Positions 24,601 to 34,139 of a stretch of 64,000 nt of DNA are shown piece by piece. Under the pieces are notes generated by a model. It made no database searches. It had not been told where the DNA came from and saw only the letters and a list, made by a program, of their open reading frames with translations. Source of the stretch: a virus; IMG/VR virus record IMGVR_UViG_3300030098_005194, positions 38,397-102,396 of that record. One strand, 5' to 3'. How positions within the stretch are numbered: the first letter of the stretch is position 1; every line of letters begins with the position of its first letter. Made by a program: the position numbers and the translations under genes.

Positions 24601-26762
24601 AGGTATGCCAGCCCCTGAAACCTCCATTCCCACTGCTAAGGAAGAAGTGCTATCCATCGTGATGTGCCTTACACTGGTGGTTGAACCATCACTAACACCG
24701 CTAGTGTGATTGGTATCACAGGTAGCGTCTGTGAAAGTCCCCATTTGAGCATCAATCAAATCATAGATAGTAGTAGCGGCTCCACCAGTGCCGATGGCGG
24801 TGTCCCCGGCTGGCACGGTTTTCTCTACCATTAGACAAGCAACATTGTTTTCTGTTGCCATGCTAGCGCCACTCAAGTCTATGGCGTTGTAGTGTATCTC
24901 AACATAAGGGGACATGTTGTAGTCAGAACCTGAAAGAGCTGGTACGTTTAGGATTGCCACCCTACTGGTCTTGCTTGGTCTTAGATGATGTGTTCTTACA
25001 GTTGAGTCTAGTGTTGCACCCTTGTCATGTATTGGAGCTTTTAGGAAGAAAGGAGTGAAGTCAAAATTAGTCCCACCTATCGCTATGAGCTTTCTCGTCC
25101 CATTAGCCGTGCTACCAGTGCTTTGATGGGAGTTGTAGATTGTGTTCACAGTGGTACTACTGACCACTCTATTGACTGTGAACCGGCCTATGTTTCTTAG
25201 AATGCTTACCTCTGTGTTTACGGGCAACTGCTCTGCTATACCTTGTTGTGAGTCAACGTAGAGAGCTTTGTATTTATCAGCCACACCATTGATTTCCATG
25301 TCTATTATTTCCTCATTTGGCTTTGGTAGCATCCTGAGATAGTGGTGACCATCAACATGATTGAGAGTGTGACGCCCGGAGTGACCAATTGATAACTCAG
25401 TCGATATGGTAGTGGGCCAAGTCACTGCGTAGGGATTGTTTGGTGAATCAGTGCTAATCGCCATTTGTGAGGAGTAGACAAAACCATGTTGTCCCAAAGG
25501 TCCTTCGTCTATAACCATCTGACCAGTTCTATCGATGGCCTTTGAGGAATAGTGTGGAGGCTGGTACGGTTTACCTGTACCAGAGTCTAACAGCAGGTCA
25601 GCCCCTATCACAACGAATTGAACCCCACTAGCGTGGTCATGGAGCAAGCCCCTCTGACCACTGCTGGCTGTGTTGTAGTCAAGATGTATGCTGGCTACAG
25701 TCAAGGCGCCTGTGCCTACGTTTATGCTCTGTAGTCTGACTCTCTCAGGGGGAAGGCTAGTAGGTGCTTGTGTGAGGTCATTTACACCGACTGGCTTCAG
25801 AAGTAGATTGTATGGAACATGAGCCACATCGTGTTGGGTAACTCCGGATGATGTGCTTTGCAGGACCTTGTAGTTGCCGCTTGTGTATGGTGAAGATGTA
25901 AAAGTGATAGTGCCACTTGTGACAGATGAGCCTGTGAGTTTTGTCGCTAATGCAGCAGCCTCAGTTGTGCTTATGGAAATGCTAGTGGCACCAGATGATG
26001 CCGAAGATGCAAGTGTGTAGACATCATCATACGTTGTTATAGGCTCCTCAAACCTATAGAGCAACATAGTGGAGGCTGTTCTTAATGGGGCAGTTCTAGC
26101 AGTAAAGTCTGGATTGAAGTCATTGGTTATGTGTATGGCTTCTATTACTCCCCTGTACTCACCGCCCTTGCCACCAATGTAGAGATTCTCACTACTAGTT
26201 GCTAATTTCAAGGATTTGTCCTTCAGAATTTTTCTAGCCATTAGAACTCCATTGACGTAAAGCTCTATCCTACCAGAACGATACGTAGCTACGACATTTA
26301 GGAGTGGCCTGTGATTTCTATTCAGGCCGCTGTCCTTAGTATCGAACATACCGTTTTGCTCACTCAATGGGTATATCGCACCAGTGTACCTAGTACCATT
26401 GTGACTCCCGGTTGTGATTGTGTGAGATTCGACTGCCTCGCCATTGGTCAATTCTATCGTGAAAGTAGCTGGGGCGGCTTCTTGTATCTTGCCAACTGAA
26501 AGCTTGTACTGTCCACTCTTCTCAAGGACAGTGCCTCCTTGGTCTGGCATGAGCCAAGTCTCGATTGTAATCTCCTCGTTGAAAAGCCCTGATGTTATGG
26601 ACTCAGAACCACCTCTGGGCTCTGGATTGAGAAGACCCCTGATATCTTCTTGACCCTCTGGATTAGTTTTTCCGATGCTTGAGAAATCGCCTTGTGGAAC
26701 TACTATGCTATCGCTAACGCCATCGAAGAAAAACGCATGATTCCTTCTCCCCAGCACAGTCA
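9688..26762 (-). CDS. giant (~5690 aa) virion tail/adhesion protein with N-terminal LamG (concanavalin A-like) domain
   Basis: Uninterrupted 17-kb ORF (track start 26781; likely start MTVLG at 26763); FFFDG..D, ITIETW, LYVNG, LYIGG, YRG.I LamG motifs; internal FTDATCD repeats. Confidence 0.8.
13882..24735 (-). repeat. four dispersed FTDATCD...GIPxGA...TLTF domains (24502-24735, 20743-20976: 78 aa; 18829-19029, 13882-14082: 67 aa)
   Basis: Direct comparison of the translated copies. Confidence 0.9.
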
Positions 26763-26767
26763 TAAAA

Positions 26768-27886
26768 TCACAGCATCGCATCAGCAGGTAGGAAAGTCAT
26801 TGTATAGTTGTAAATGGCCTCACCAGCATCATATATTATGTCCATAGACGAGATGCCCCCTTGAATGCCCGTGAAGTCATTTGACTCATCGAACTCAACT
26901 CCTGCGGGTTTTGCGTTCGTGGAGTCCTTCTCATTCTTATTATAGAAACCAGTGGGCATGAAGAAGTTCTTGGCAGTGTACTCATTGTTACCGGCTTCTA
27001 TTTTGCTATTGTAGGGAATTTGTATTCCTACTATGTAATCGCTACCAGAACCACCTGAAATAATATCAGGTATAAATTCAAAATCGAAAAGTTCATTATA
27101 ATAAGTAGATATATCTTCAAGAGCTACTTTCCTGAGCGTTCTGCTACTGTTATTGACTATGGAATACAAGTCCTGAGCCTTGTCCCCTGCTGACTTCTGT
27201 TCAGCATCTCTACCACCTGAAAAACTCTCTATTTTTGGTGGATAGAAATTATACCCTGAATTTGAAAATGTAGGAGTAGATTTGCTATTACCAGCTTTTC
27301 CATTAGTTACTTGCTTAATCAAGACGCCTGAATCAGTTTGGGAATTGCCATCCTTATCCAATGCGTCGTATAGTGAGGCTGTATAGAGTGAGGAATGCTG
27401 GTCATTTATGGCTTGACTAACAGCAGTAGCTAACTGTGTTGCAGTAGTGCTAGTAGTATTGATTTTTAATACATTAGTGGACGTATTGTAATTAGTAGTA
27501 ACATCAGTGTCTTTTGTAAGAGTTATAGTAGAAATTGTTCCATTTGTGGATTGTAAGGTTATATTGTTAGTAGTTGAACCGAATGAAGAATACCAAGCGC
27601 CTAGATTATTAGATGAGACGAAACTTTGGTTTTGTGTGTTAACATTGAAATTTATCTTAGCTTCAGCAGCGGCTGCTCCTGTGGCTTGAGTATCATCAGA
27701 AAAGAAACCATCTATTCTGATTATGGCTTTGTTTATGTTCAAGTCTAAGGCAAGGCGCTGACTGCCAGCGAAGGGCATTGAGTTCGGCCCAAATTCTCTT
27801 TCAGTAGACAGTGCTATCTGAGTGGCATTCAGGGATATCAAACCGCCGTCCTCACGAACCAAACGGATTGGCGTCCCAGTGGCCAT
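26768..27886 (-). CDS. putative distal tail (Dit-like) protein with insertion
   Basis: Follows tape-measure-like gene; N- and C-terminal tube-like segments flank an Asn/Thr-rich insertion. Confidence 0.5.
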   Translation of the reverse strand: MATGTPIRLVREDGGLISLNATQIALSTEREFGPNSMPFAGSQRLALDLNINKAIIRIDGFFSDDTQATGAAAAEAKINFNVNTQNQSFVSSNNLGAWYSSFGSTTNNITLQSTNGTISTITLTKDTDVTTNYNTSTNVLKINTTSTTATQLATAVSQAINDQHSSLYTASLYDALDKDGNSQTDSGVLIKQVTNGKAGNSKSTPTFSNSGYNFYPPKIESFSGGRDAEQKSAGDKAQDLYSIVNNSSRTLRKVALEDISTYYNELFDFEFIPDIISGGSGSDYIVGIQIPYNSKIEAGNNEYTAKNFFMPTGFYNKNEKDSTNAKPAGVEFDESNDFTGIQGGISSMDIIYDAGEAIYNYTMTFLPADAML

Positions 27887-28455
27887 CAGAACAGGCCCCC
27901 GCTACCCGGTAAAACGCCTAGTCTTCTCTGGAACTGCCTCGACATCTCGTTAGCTATTTCTCCAGCTAGTTTCCTCTTATCCATTTTATCTGATATACCG
28001 CTCAAATTCTGTGTTATGGTAAAACTAAAATTAGGATTATTGGATGCCGTTTGATATGCTCCACCAGCAGCGGTAATCGCCTTCACAGGGGAGGCTATGA
28101 AGTCTGGAGCTAAATTGGTCACTACATCAGTGAAGCTGAAGTCCTTAATATCATCAATAAGAGTTTTGATATCTTCTAGTTTGTTTCTTAAAATATTAAA
28201 TGGGTTTACTAGATTGAAAGTCGGTATGCTTAGATTTGAAAGTGTATCGACTACGGGCTTTATGAGTGTGTTATACAAATCCGCTATGATGTCAAAAGCA
28301 GTAGTAGCTGCACCAGAGGCTATACTAAAAGCAGCGCTAAATGCACCGCCTATACCAGTGACTAAACCAGATAAGACGCTGACTCCAAGATTGCTTGTTT
28401 GAGTCAATCTATTGACTTCGACAAGAGCGTTTCTAAGTGTTAGTAACGCTACCAT
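27886..28455 (-). CDS. very short tape-measure-like protein (189 aa)
   Basis: Directly after the frameshifted chaperones; Ala/Gly amphipathic helix; C-terminal ITQNLSG...LAGEIA typical of TMP ends. Confidence 0.6.
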   Translation of the reverse strand: MVALLTLRNALVEVNRLTQTSNLGVSVLSGLVTGIGGAFSAAFSIASGAATTAFDIIADLYNTLIKPVVDTLSNLSIPTFNLVNPFNILRNKLEDIKTLIDDIKDFSFTDVVTNLAPDFIASPVKAITAAGGAYQTASNNPNFSFTITQNLSGISDKMDKRKLAGEIANEMSRQFQRRLGVLPGSGGLF

Positions 28456-28747
28456 CAGAACTCCTCCGAGTTTAGGAAGGAGTAGTCGAGTGTAATGGTT
28501 TCGTTACCAGTCTTGCTTTCCAAGGCTTGTCTAGCTCTTTCTTTGTTGTCACGGTCCTGCATGGCAAGAGCCCAAGTGAGTGATTGCTGGAAGACTGGTA
28601 TGCTCATTTCTAAAACCTCTGCTATCGATATGCCATAATGTTTCGCTACGAAATAGGCGAACAACTGATTTTGAAGAACCAATGCGTCTTTACCAGTGTA
28701 ATTCTTCTGCTCCAGATACCTCTGAATCCTCAGTTGTTCGCTTTCGT
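28455..28747 (-). CDS. tail assembly chaperone extension (gpT-like), reached by -1 frameshift
   Basis: -1 frame is open from the slippery site through YESEQLRIQRYLEQKNYTGKDAL into ORF 28455..28682; 'HYGISIAEVLEMS..F' gpT-like motif. Confidence 0.75.
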
Positions 28748-29095
28748 AAAACCCCCTTGCATCGCCTCCGCCAGCTCAGTGGGCTTGGGAAGTATAGAGG
28801 ATAATTGCTCACCAATGTAAGCATTTACGTCGCTCAACTCATCTGGTGTCATTGAGGGGTTGGTTCTCAATACCCAATGTCTGAAAGCGTATCTCCAGTA
28901 CCCTTCCAAATCTAAGCTGGCCGTACCGTCATTCTCCATCTTAAACATAGTTTGAGCGGCGTTCTGCATGTCAAGGAATGTAACATCACGAGTCCACACC
29001 TCCATTTTCAAATCGGGATTGTCCCGACTGGCGCTCAATACGTGTTTTTGTTCATTCCTCTTCGTCAATAATATCTCCTTGTCTGCTATCTGCAT
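28730..29095 (-). CDS. tail assembly chaperone (gpG-like)
   Basis: Between tail tube and TMP; GGTGA SD before ATG 29095; ends with slippery heptamer. Confidence 0.75.
   Translation of the reverse strand: MQIADKEILLTKRNEQKHVLSASRDNPDLKMEVWTRDVTFLDMQNAAQTMFKMENDGTASLDLEGYWRYAFRHWVLRTNPSMTPDELSDVNAYIGEQLSSILPKPTELAEAMQGGFTKANN
28748..28754 (-). other. -1 programmed ribosomal frameshift heptamer G GGT TTT
   Basis: X XXY YYZ in correct frame, 5 codons before the stop, joining two ORFs. Confidence 0.8.
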
Positions 29096-29717
29096 TTTCA
29101 TCACCTATGGTTACAGCCTCTTCCGAGGGGGCATCCGACTCTGCATCTACAGCCTCTTCCGAGGGGGCATCAGCTTCGTCTGTTGCGGCGTTTTCCATGA
29201 TACCATCATCGTATCGGTTGAGTCTGAGGACAACCTCAGACTTAGTGCCTCTAACGGTGATGTTACGCTCCTTGCACACTTCGCGCAATTCACGTACTGT
29301 CATGGAATTGTAATCTTTTACAGCAACGAATGGTTGCTCGACTGAGATAACTACTGTTTCTTTCTCAGGCTCAGGCTCTGGAGGGGCTACTTCTTCAACA
29401 ACCTCCAAAGGAGCTTCTTCAATCTCCTCCTCCTGTATCTCCTCGTGTATCTCTTCAACAACCTCTTCCTCGTCTTCGGATGAGGGCTCGATACCATCAA
29501 CCTCTTCGACAACTTCTTTTTTCTTAAGAGAGTCTAAAGCGGCTTCTACCCAAGGGGGAGTTTCTATCACATCTATCATTAACTCGTCAATCTGCTTTCT
29601 TGACATACGCCCTTCAACAGTGACTTCCTTACCTAGTATACCGTTCAACCAATCGACATAACCCGATGCACCTAGCTTTCGGAACTTCCATTTTCTGGTT
29701 CCAGCTCTTGGTAACAT
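29052..29717 (-). CDS. acidic protein with SAP/HeH DNA-binding domain
   Basis: YNSMTVRELREVCKERNITVRGTKSEVVLRL SAP motif; Glu-rich linker. Confidence 0.7.
   Translation of the reverse strand: MLPRAGTRKWKFRKLGASGYVDWLNGILGKEVTVEGRMSRKQIDELMIDVIETPPWVEAALDSLKKKEVVEEVDGIEPSSEDEEEVVEEIHEEIQEEEIEEAPLEVVEEVAPPEPEPEKETVVISVEQPFVAVKDYNSMTVRELREVCKERNITVRGTKSEVVLRLNRYDDGIMENAATDEADAPSEEAVDAESDAPSEEAVTIGDENADSRQGDIIDEEE
29112..29171. repeat. 24-bp perfect direct repeat (29112-29135, 29148-29171) encoding DAPSEEAV twice
   Basis: tacagcctcttccgagggggcatc twice. Confidence 0.9.
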
Positions 29718-29725
29718 GTTTCCTC

Positions 29726-31741
29726 CTAATAGTGAAACACTGTGTCTTGGGTGAAGACCCTCAGTGTCTTTGGCATAATCTTGAGTTTTGAGCGAAGTGG
29801 CCCTTTGTCATCAGGTATCGGCAGAGGGGCCTCAGTGATGAAGTAGTCATCCATCACTATATCCATGCTCTCTCTACCAGAGGAGGCTTCAGCCCCTTGC
29901 TTGGTGAAGGACAGTCTAACGAATTTAGTGGTATCATCAAAGCTCTCCACAGCTCTTCTCATTTGATGGTACAAGGTAGGGTCATCGACTATTATCTCCA
30001 TATCTAGTTCGTACTCAGTCTTACCCTCTATGGCTAGACTGGCATTTCTAGCACCACCAAACGGTATCTGGTCCGTAGCGGCATTGGCTATGTTATTACC
30101 AGATATGGTGTAATGCTGTGCTACCCCGGTTTTGCCCTTCAAATCGAAAGACACTACTTGTCCAAGAGTTACACCGCCGAGTTGTATGATGCCATTGTAG
30201 AACATGAAGGGCTTCTGGGTTCTCTTGCCTATACCAGCTATTCTTCTAGCTAGTTCAGTATTGGCTACATCCTCAAATATCCTATGTGGATTGTACCTAT
30301 CACCCTTATTGCTACTCTCAAGCCTACCAGTGTCCGTATAGCAAAGTGCTGCATCGAATCCTAAATTGAGCTTGACGGCAGCATCTGTATCAGCGGTCAT
30401 TGAGAATTCCTTGACCTTACAACCACGGAAGACACGAGTGAGTTGCTTCGCATCACTAGCTCCACCATCAACAGTTTCACCTGTAGTACCGTCATCATCT
30501 TGATTGTCCCTTCTCCTCACACTGACCTCCAAAGCAAAGGACGGAACCTCTGATTTTGAAAAGAGAACCCTGTTTACGGGGTCAGTGATAGTCCCAAAGG
30601 TGCTTTCTGCCGTACTCATTATCGGAGCTTTTGTGGTAGCGCTGTCGTATGCAGCGAATCCTATTGTCGTATTATCTGCATGCGAGAAATCCAAGGGACC
30701 ATCTAGCCATATATAGTGAGTTCCAGTGGAGCCATTGTGCCTTATTGCCGCTATTCTCCTCACTTCGTATTTCCTAGCTTGTGTTACTAGGTCCTCCGGT
30801 CCAATACTAGTTGAAGAACCATATGTCACGGGACTTGAGCCGACATCCTTGTGTAGATGTAGAGCTACTGTATCAGTGTCGTTTATGAAAACATAATCTC
30901 CAGCGGCAACAGTGTCACCGCTAGGAAGCGTTGGAGCGCTAGTGCTTCCACCATATTGTATAAAATTAGCACCGACATTTACCGCACCAGCTATACTGTA
31001 AGTTGTAGTGGGTGGTGGGTCATCTAAACGAACGGCCTCTTGACCCAAAGCGTAGTAGAGCCACCTAGCATTGTGCATAGCAGTCTCAAAAGCCCCGCCT
31101 ACGTTGGTGAATCTACCGGGCACTTGCACTGCTACGTCCCTACCTAAGCCAACCACATGCATTCTCTTAAGGTCAACTTTAGTTTCAGGTAACGATATGG
31201 TATTGATTAAACCAGCAAACTGGTCAGTGAGAACTGATTCTGACGATGCATTAGCATTAGCGTGGTACACAGAATCAACGTCTAAAGTAGGTGTCTTGAA
31301 AGGCATGATGTGAATTGTTCCGTTAGTAGTATCCACAGTCGTACAAGTATCAGCTTGGGCACTCAGCATCTTAGGTGTGATTTTCAAATCAGTATAGTCT
31401 GCACCACGAGCGTCTGACACTATCGTGTACCTTCTACCATCCTCAGAAAAATTGTCTCTTGAGTTGAAATTACCTGCTAAACCTGAGAAAACAAGCTCTG
31501 AACCGACAAGCATCCCAAGTGGGTAGACAATCACACCGCCCTCTACTGGAGTATCTGTTGCTCCTTTCTGCAATCTTATGGTAGTAGTATCTTCACTTTC
31601 ACTTTCAGCCTGAATCTTAAAGTGAAAACGAAGACCAGAACCTAAGCTACCATTATTGTCATAATCGGATTTCAAAGTGAGTCCAGACTCGTGCCCGAAC
31701 GATATTTCTGTCAGGTCACCCTTATACACTGTGGACGGCAT
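29726..31741 (-). CDS. major tail tube protein with inserted domains
   Basis: GAGGTGA SD before MPST; tube-like core (PSFALEVS, RVFRGCKV, PFMFYNG, EGK.EY.L); position before chaperones. Confidence 0.7.
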   Translation of the reverse strand: MPSTVYKGDLTEISFGHESGLTLKSDYDNNGSLGSGLRFHFKIQAESESEDTTTIRLQKGATDTPVEGGVIVYPLGMLVGSELVFSGLAGNFNSRDNFSEDGRRYTIVSDARGADYTDLKITPKMLSAQADTCTTVDTTNGTIHIMPFKTPTLDVDSVYHANANASSESVLTDQFAGLINTISLPETKVDLKRMHVVGLGRDVAVQVPGRFTNVGGAFETAMHNARWLYYALGQEAVRLDDPPPTTTYSIAGAVNVGANFIQYGGSTSAPTLPSGDTVAAGDYVFINDTDTVALHLHKDVGSSPVTYGSSTSIGPEDLVTQARKYEVRRIAAIRHNGSTGTHYIWLDGPLDFSHADNTTIGFAAYDSATTKAPIMSTAESTFGTITDPVNRVLFSKSEVPSFALEVSVRRRDNQDDDGTTGETVDGGASDAKQLTRVFRGCKVKEFSMTADTDAAVKLNLGFDAALCYTDTGRLESSNKGDRYNPHRIFEDVANTELARRIAGIGKRTQKPFMFYNGIIQLGGVTLGQVVSFDLKGKTGVAQHYTISGNNIANAATDQIPFGGARNASLAIEGKTEYELDMEIIVDDPTLYHQMRRAVESFDDTTKFVRLSFTKQGAEASSGRESMDIVMDDYFITEAPLPIPDDKGPLRSKLKIMPKTLRVFTQDTVFHY

Positions 31742-31754
31742 GCTCTCTCTCACC

Positions 31755-32204
31755 TCATGGGATTAGTTCCGCAAAGATAATCACTTCTATCTGGAAGGTC
31801 ATTCTGAACAGTTTTTTGCTCCTATCAGACAAATCCGTGCGGGTTTTGTAAACGAGTCTGTCGAAGTTTGTGCCGTCCCCCTTTCTCTTTGTATGAACTA
31901 ATCTTCTTATCTCGTTTTCAATTTTCTTAAGTCTCTCACGACTGTGCGTTGTCCTAGCATCGACTGTTATGTTTATCCTAGTAGTGACGAAATCAAAAAG
32001 CAACTCAGGCAACTCTTCGTTGTGTGCAGTCTCAAAGACCAATACAAAGTCCGATTTGTTCAAATCCAACCTCTTGCCTCTTTCCGCATCGGTGCTAGCT
32101 ATGTCTACGACTATCGGTTTGATATTGTCAGTGTTGCCACGATTCCAAGAGCCTGAAAGCAAATCAACTACAACATCAATTCCTTCTTTGAAGGTGGCTA
32201 CCAT
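31755..32204 (-). CDS. putative tail terminator / completion protein
   Basis: Size and position before tail tube; alpha/beta pattern. Confidence 0.55.
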   Translation of the reverse strand: MVATFKEGIDVVVDLLSGSWNRGNTDNIKPIVVDIASTDAERGKRLDLNKSDFVLVFETAHNEELPELLFDFVTTRINITVDARTTHSRERLKKIENEIRRLVHTKRKGDGTNFDRLVYKTRTDLSDRSKKLFRMTFQIEVIIFAELIP

Positions 32205-32581
32205 TACATCTCCCTCCTAGATTTCCTAGTTATCTTGTCCTTATCTGGTAGTATCTTACCAGCAACATTGTGCATCATATTCTCAAAGAGAATTGGGGAT
32301 TCTGTCATCATTCTCTTATCTACATTGTCAAGCACTTTGTCCATCTCTTCTTCCGAAACAGGATTATTCATTGATGTGAAAAAACCATCATCGGTTTCTT
32401 TGTAGGCATATACTCCCAACTCTTGTCTTAACACCATCTCCCTATACCCTTTAGTGACATCATCATCGTTGTAAAGTACAACCTGACTGATTTCTTCTTG
32501 GATGTCATTGTTCTTGAAAGCACTGTCCAACTCTTCATGAAGAGAATCTATCGTTACTCTTGCGAAGTCCCTATCACTCAA
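32204..32581 (-). CDS. hypothetical protein (neck region)
   Basis: Coupled ORF in operon. Confidence 0.6.
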   Translation of the reverse strand: MSDRDFARVTIDSLHEELDSAFKNNDIQEEISQVVLYNDDDVTKGYREMVLRQELGVYAYKETDDGFFTSMNNPVSEEEMDKVLDNVDKRMMTESPILFENMMHNVAGKILPDKDKITRKSRREM

Positions 32582-34139
32582 AGGCTACCACCTCGACATA
32601 TCGAGGGAGCATTCTATCGATATCCTGCCTATAGAGCTGTATTTTTGATGTCAAATCGACGTTCTGAGTGCCTTCTGGTATCAACACACTCCTATCGTCA
32701 CTCATCAGTATATCGATGGCAACCATCTTTGTGCAGATATCTTCGATGGCTTTCTCAAGATATCTTTCACCATAGACGTAGGAAACCTTGACAGCATTCC
32801 ACTCAAAGAAAGGATATGAGTTATTGAAGTAAACAATTCCCATCTCATGGTCCAACCAGTAGTCTCTGAGTCTACCTCTGTCCCCACTAGCACTTCCACC
32901 CTGCAAGTCCACTTGCATGATGTGCTGTGTCAAAGTTCCAGCTATGTCTGAGAGAGCTGACCCAACCACTATCACGCATCCAGTGAAAGTAGTATCTGTT
33001 TTCCCTGTGTATCGGAAGACATCACCACTGGAGTCAACAACCACACCTGCATCAACAAAACCGTTGGTGCTGTCCACAGTTATGGTGGTGCTAACTAGAC
33101 CACTGAAAGTGGCTGTTTTTATCGCTGTCTGCTCTATTGTAACGTTACTATCAGTTGAGACTAAGCTACATGACTCACCAGCTTGTGTTGACCTCATGCT
33201 AGTTACCTTAACATGACCGCTACCATAATCTGAATTAGCTGTAGCTAGGAACTCATTATTCACAGCTACGTTGGATGTGCTACCCTCTAAGGTGAAAGCT
33301 GGGCTAAAATCAACCGCCGCCTTACTAACTCTATCTTCCTTGTTAATTAAGTCAGCAAGGTTCTGTGCTGTGGTTATCTTATCGAAATCAGCTCTCCATT
33401 GGTTTGTTGCAGTACCGGCTGTCAACACAGCGGCAGAACCGTTACCCGGTGACATAACGATTGAACCAGAGATAGCTCTAACGCCATCTGGTATCTTTAT
33501 TCTAGCCTCAGAAGCGCCTATCTCTCTGTAGTCATCGCCCTGCCAAAGCTCTATTCTGAGCATCTGTTGTACGTTTCTAAAGAGGAGAGGGGTGGTTCCA
33601 ACATAGTCAGTATAGTATCTTCTTCTATATGGTTTGTAAGTGTCGAAGTTTATGTACTCAGCCATAACCAAGTTTGGCCTCCAAGAGTTGTGTGTCATGT
33701 TGTCTATCTTGTCTTGGGACCTCTTGATTAGCTCCTCTACCTTCGACCTCTTTACTCCTCTAGTCCTGCCATTTGTGAAAGATGCTAAATTTTGTACAAA
33801 AGTATTGTCAGCAGACTGGTAATCAGCCGCCGTTATAGTGGTTGAGAAATTTAGATTGACGCCATTGACTGAGGTGGTGATTGAGGAAATAGTCCTCTCT
33901 ACGCCAAGAGGGTCAGCGTCACTGTATATGAGTATGGTATCGTCAACCGAGAATCCTATGTTACGGAAGTCAGCACCCGTAACGTAGACGCCATCTGAGT
34001 CTGAGTCATTAGATACCGCTACTGCCTCTTGTGGACCTATCTCAAGCAAATCGGCTACTTTTTGAGCTGTGGTGTAAACTATCGCATCTGGGTCTAAGGG
34101 TCTTGTTTCTGCCTCACCGGGACTGAAGACCTGTGGCAT
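32574..34139 (-). CDS. head-tail adaptor/neck protein with insertions
   Basis: N-terminal YTT..KVADLL..LI.R..D.ID and C-terminal V.Y.YG....AIEDIC.K.VA helices typical of adaptors. Confidence 0.65.
   Translation of the reverse strand: MPQVFSPGEAETRPLDPDAIVYTTAQKVADLLEIGPQEAVAVSNDSDSDGVYVTGADFRNIGFSVDDTILIYSDADPLGVERTISSITTSVNGVNLNFSTTITAADYQSADNTFVQNLASFTNGRTRGVKRSKVEELIKRSQDKIDNMTHNSWRPNLVMAEYINFDTYKPYRRRYYTDYVGTTPLLFRNVQQMLRIELWQGDDYREIGASEARIKIPDGVRAISGSIVMSPGNGSAAVLTAGTATNQWRADFDKITTAQNLADLINKEDRVSKAAVDFSPAFTLEGSTSNVAVNNEFLATANSDYGSGHVKVTSMRSTQAGESCSLVSTDSNVTIEQTAIKTATFSGLVSTTITVDSTNGFVDAGVVVDSSGDVFRYTGKTDTTFTGCVIVVGSALSDIAGTLTQHIMQVDLQGGSASGDRGRLRDYWLDHEMGIVYFNNSYPFFEWNAVKVSYVYGERYLEKAIEDICTKMVAIDILMSDDRSVLIPEGTQNVDLTSKIQLYRQDIDRMLPRYVEVVAFE

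Noticed and set aside
29726-31753. Tail sheath protein (suggested by size)
   Set aside because: No sheath motifs; tube-like core, and no separate tube gene follows
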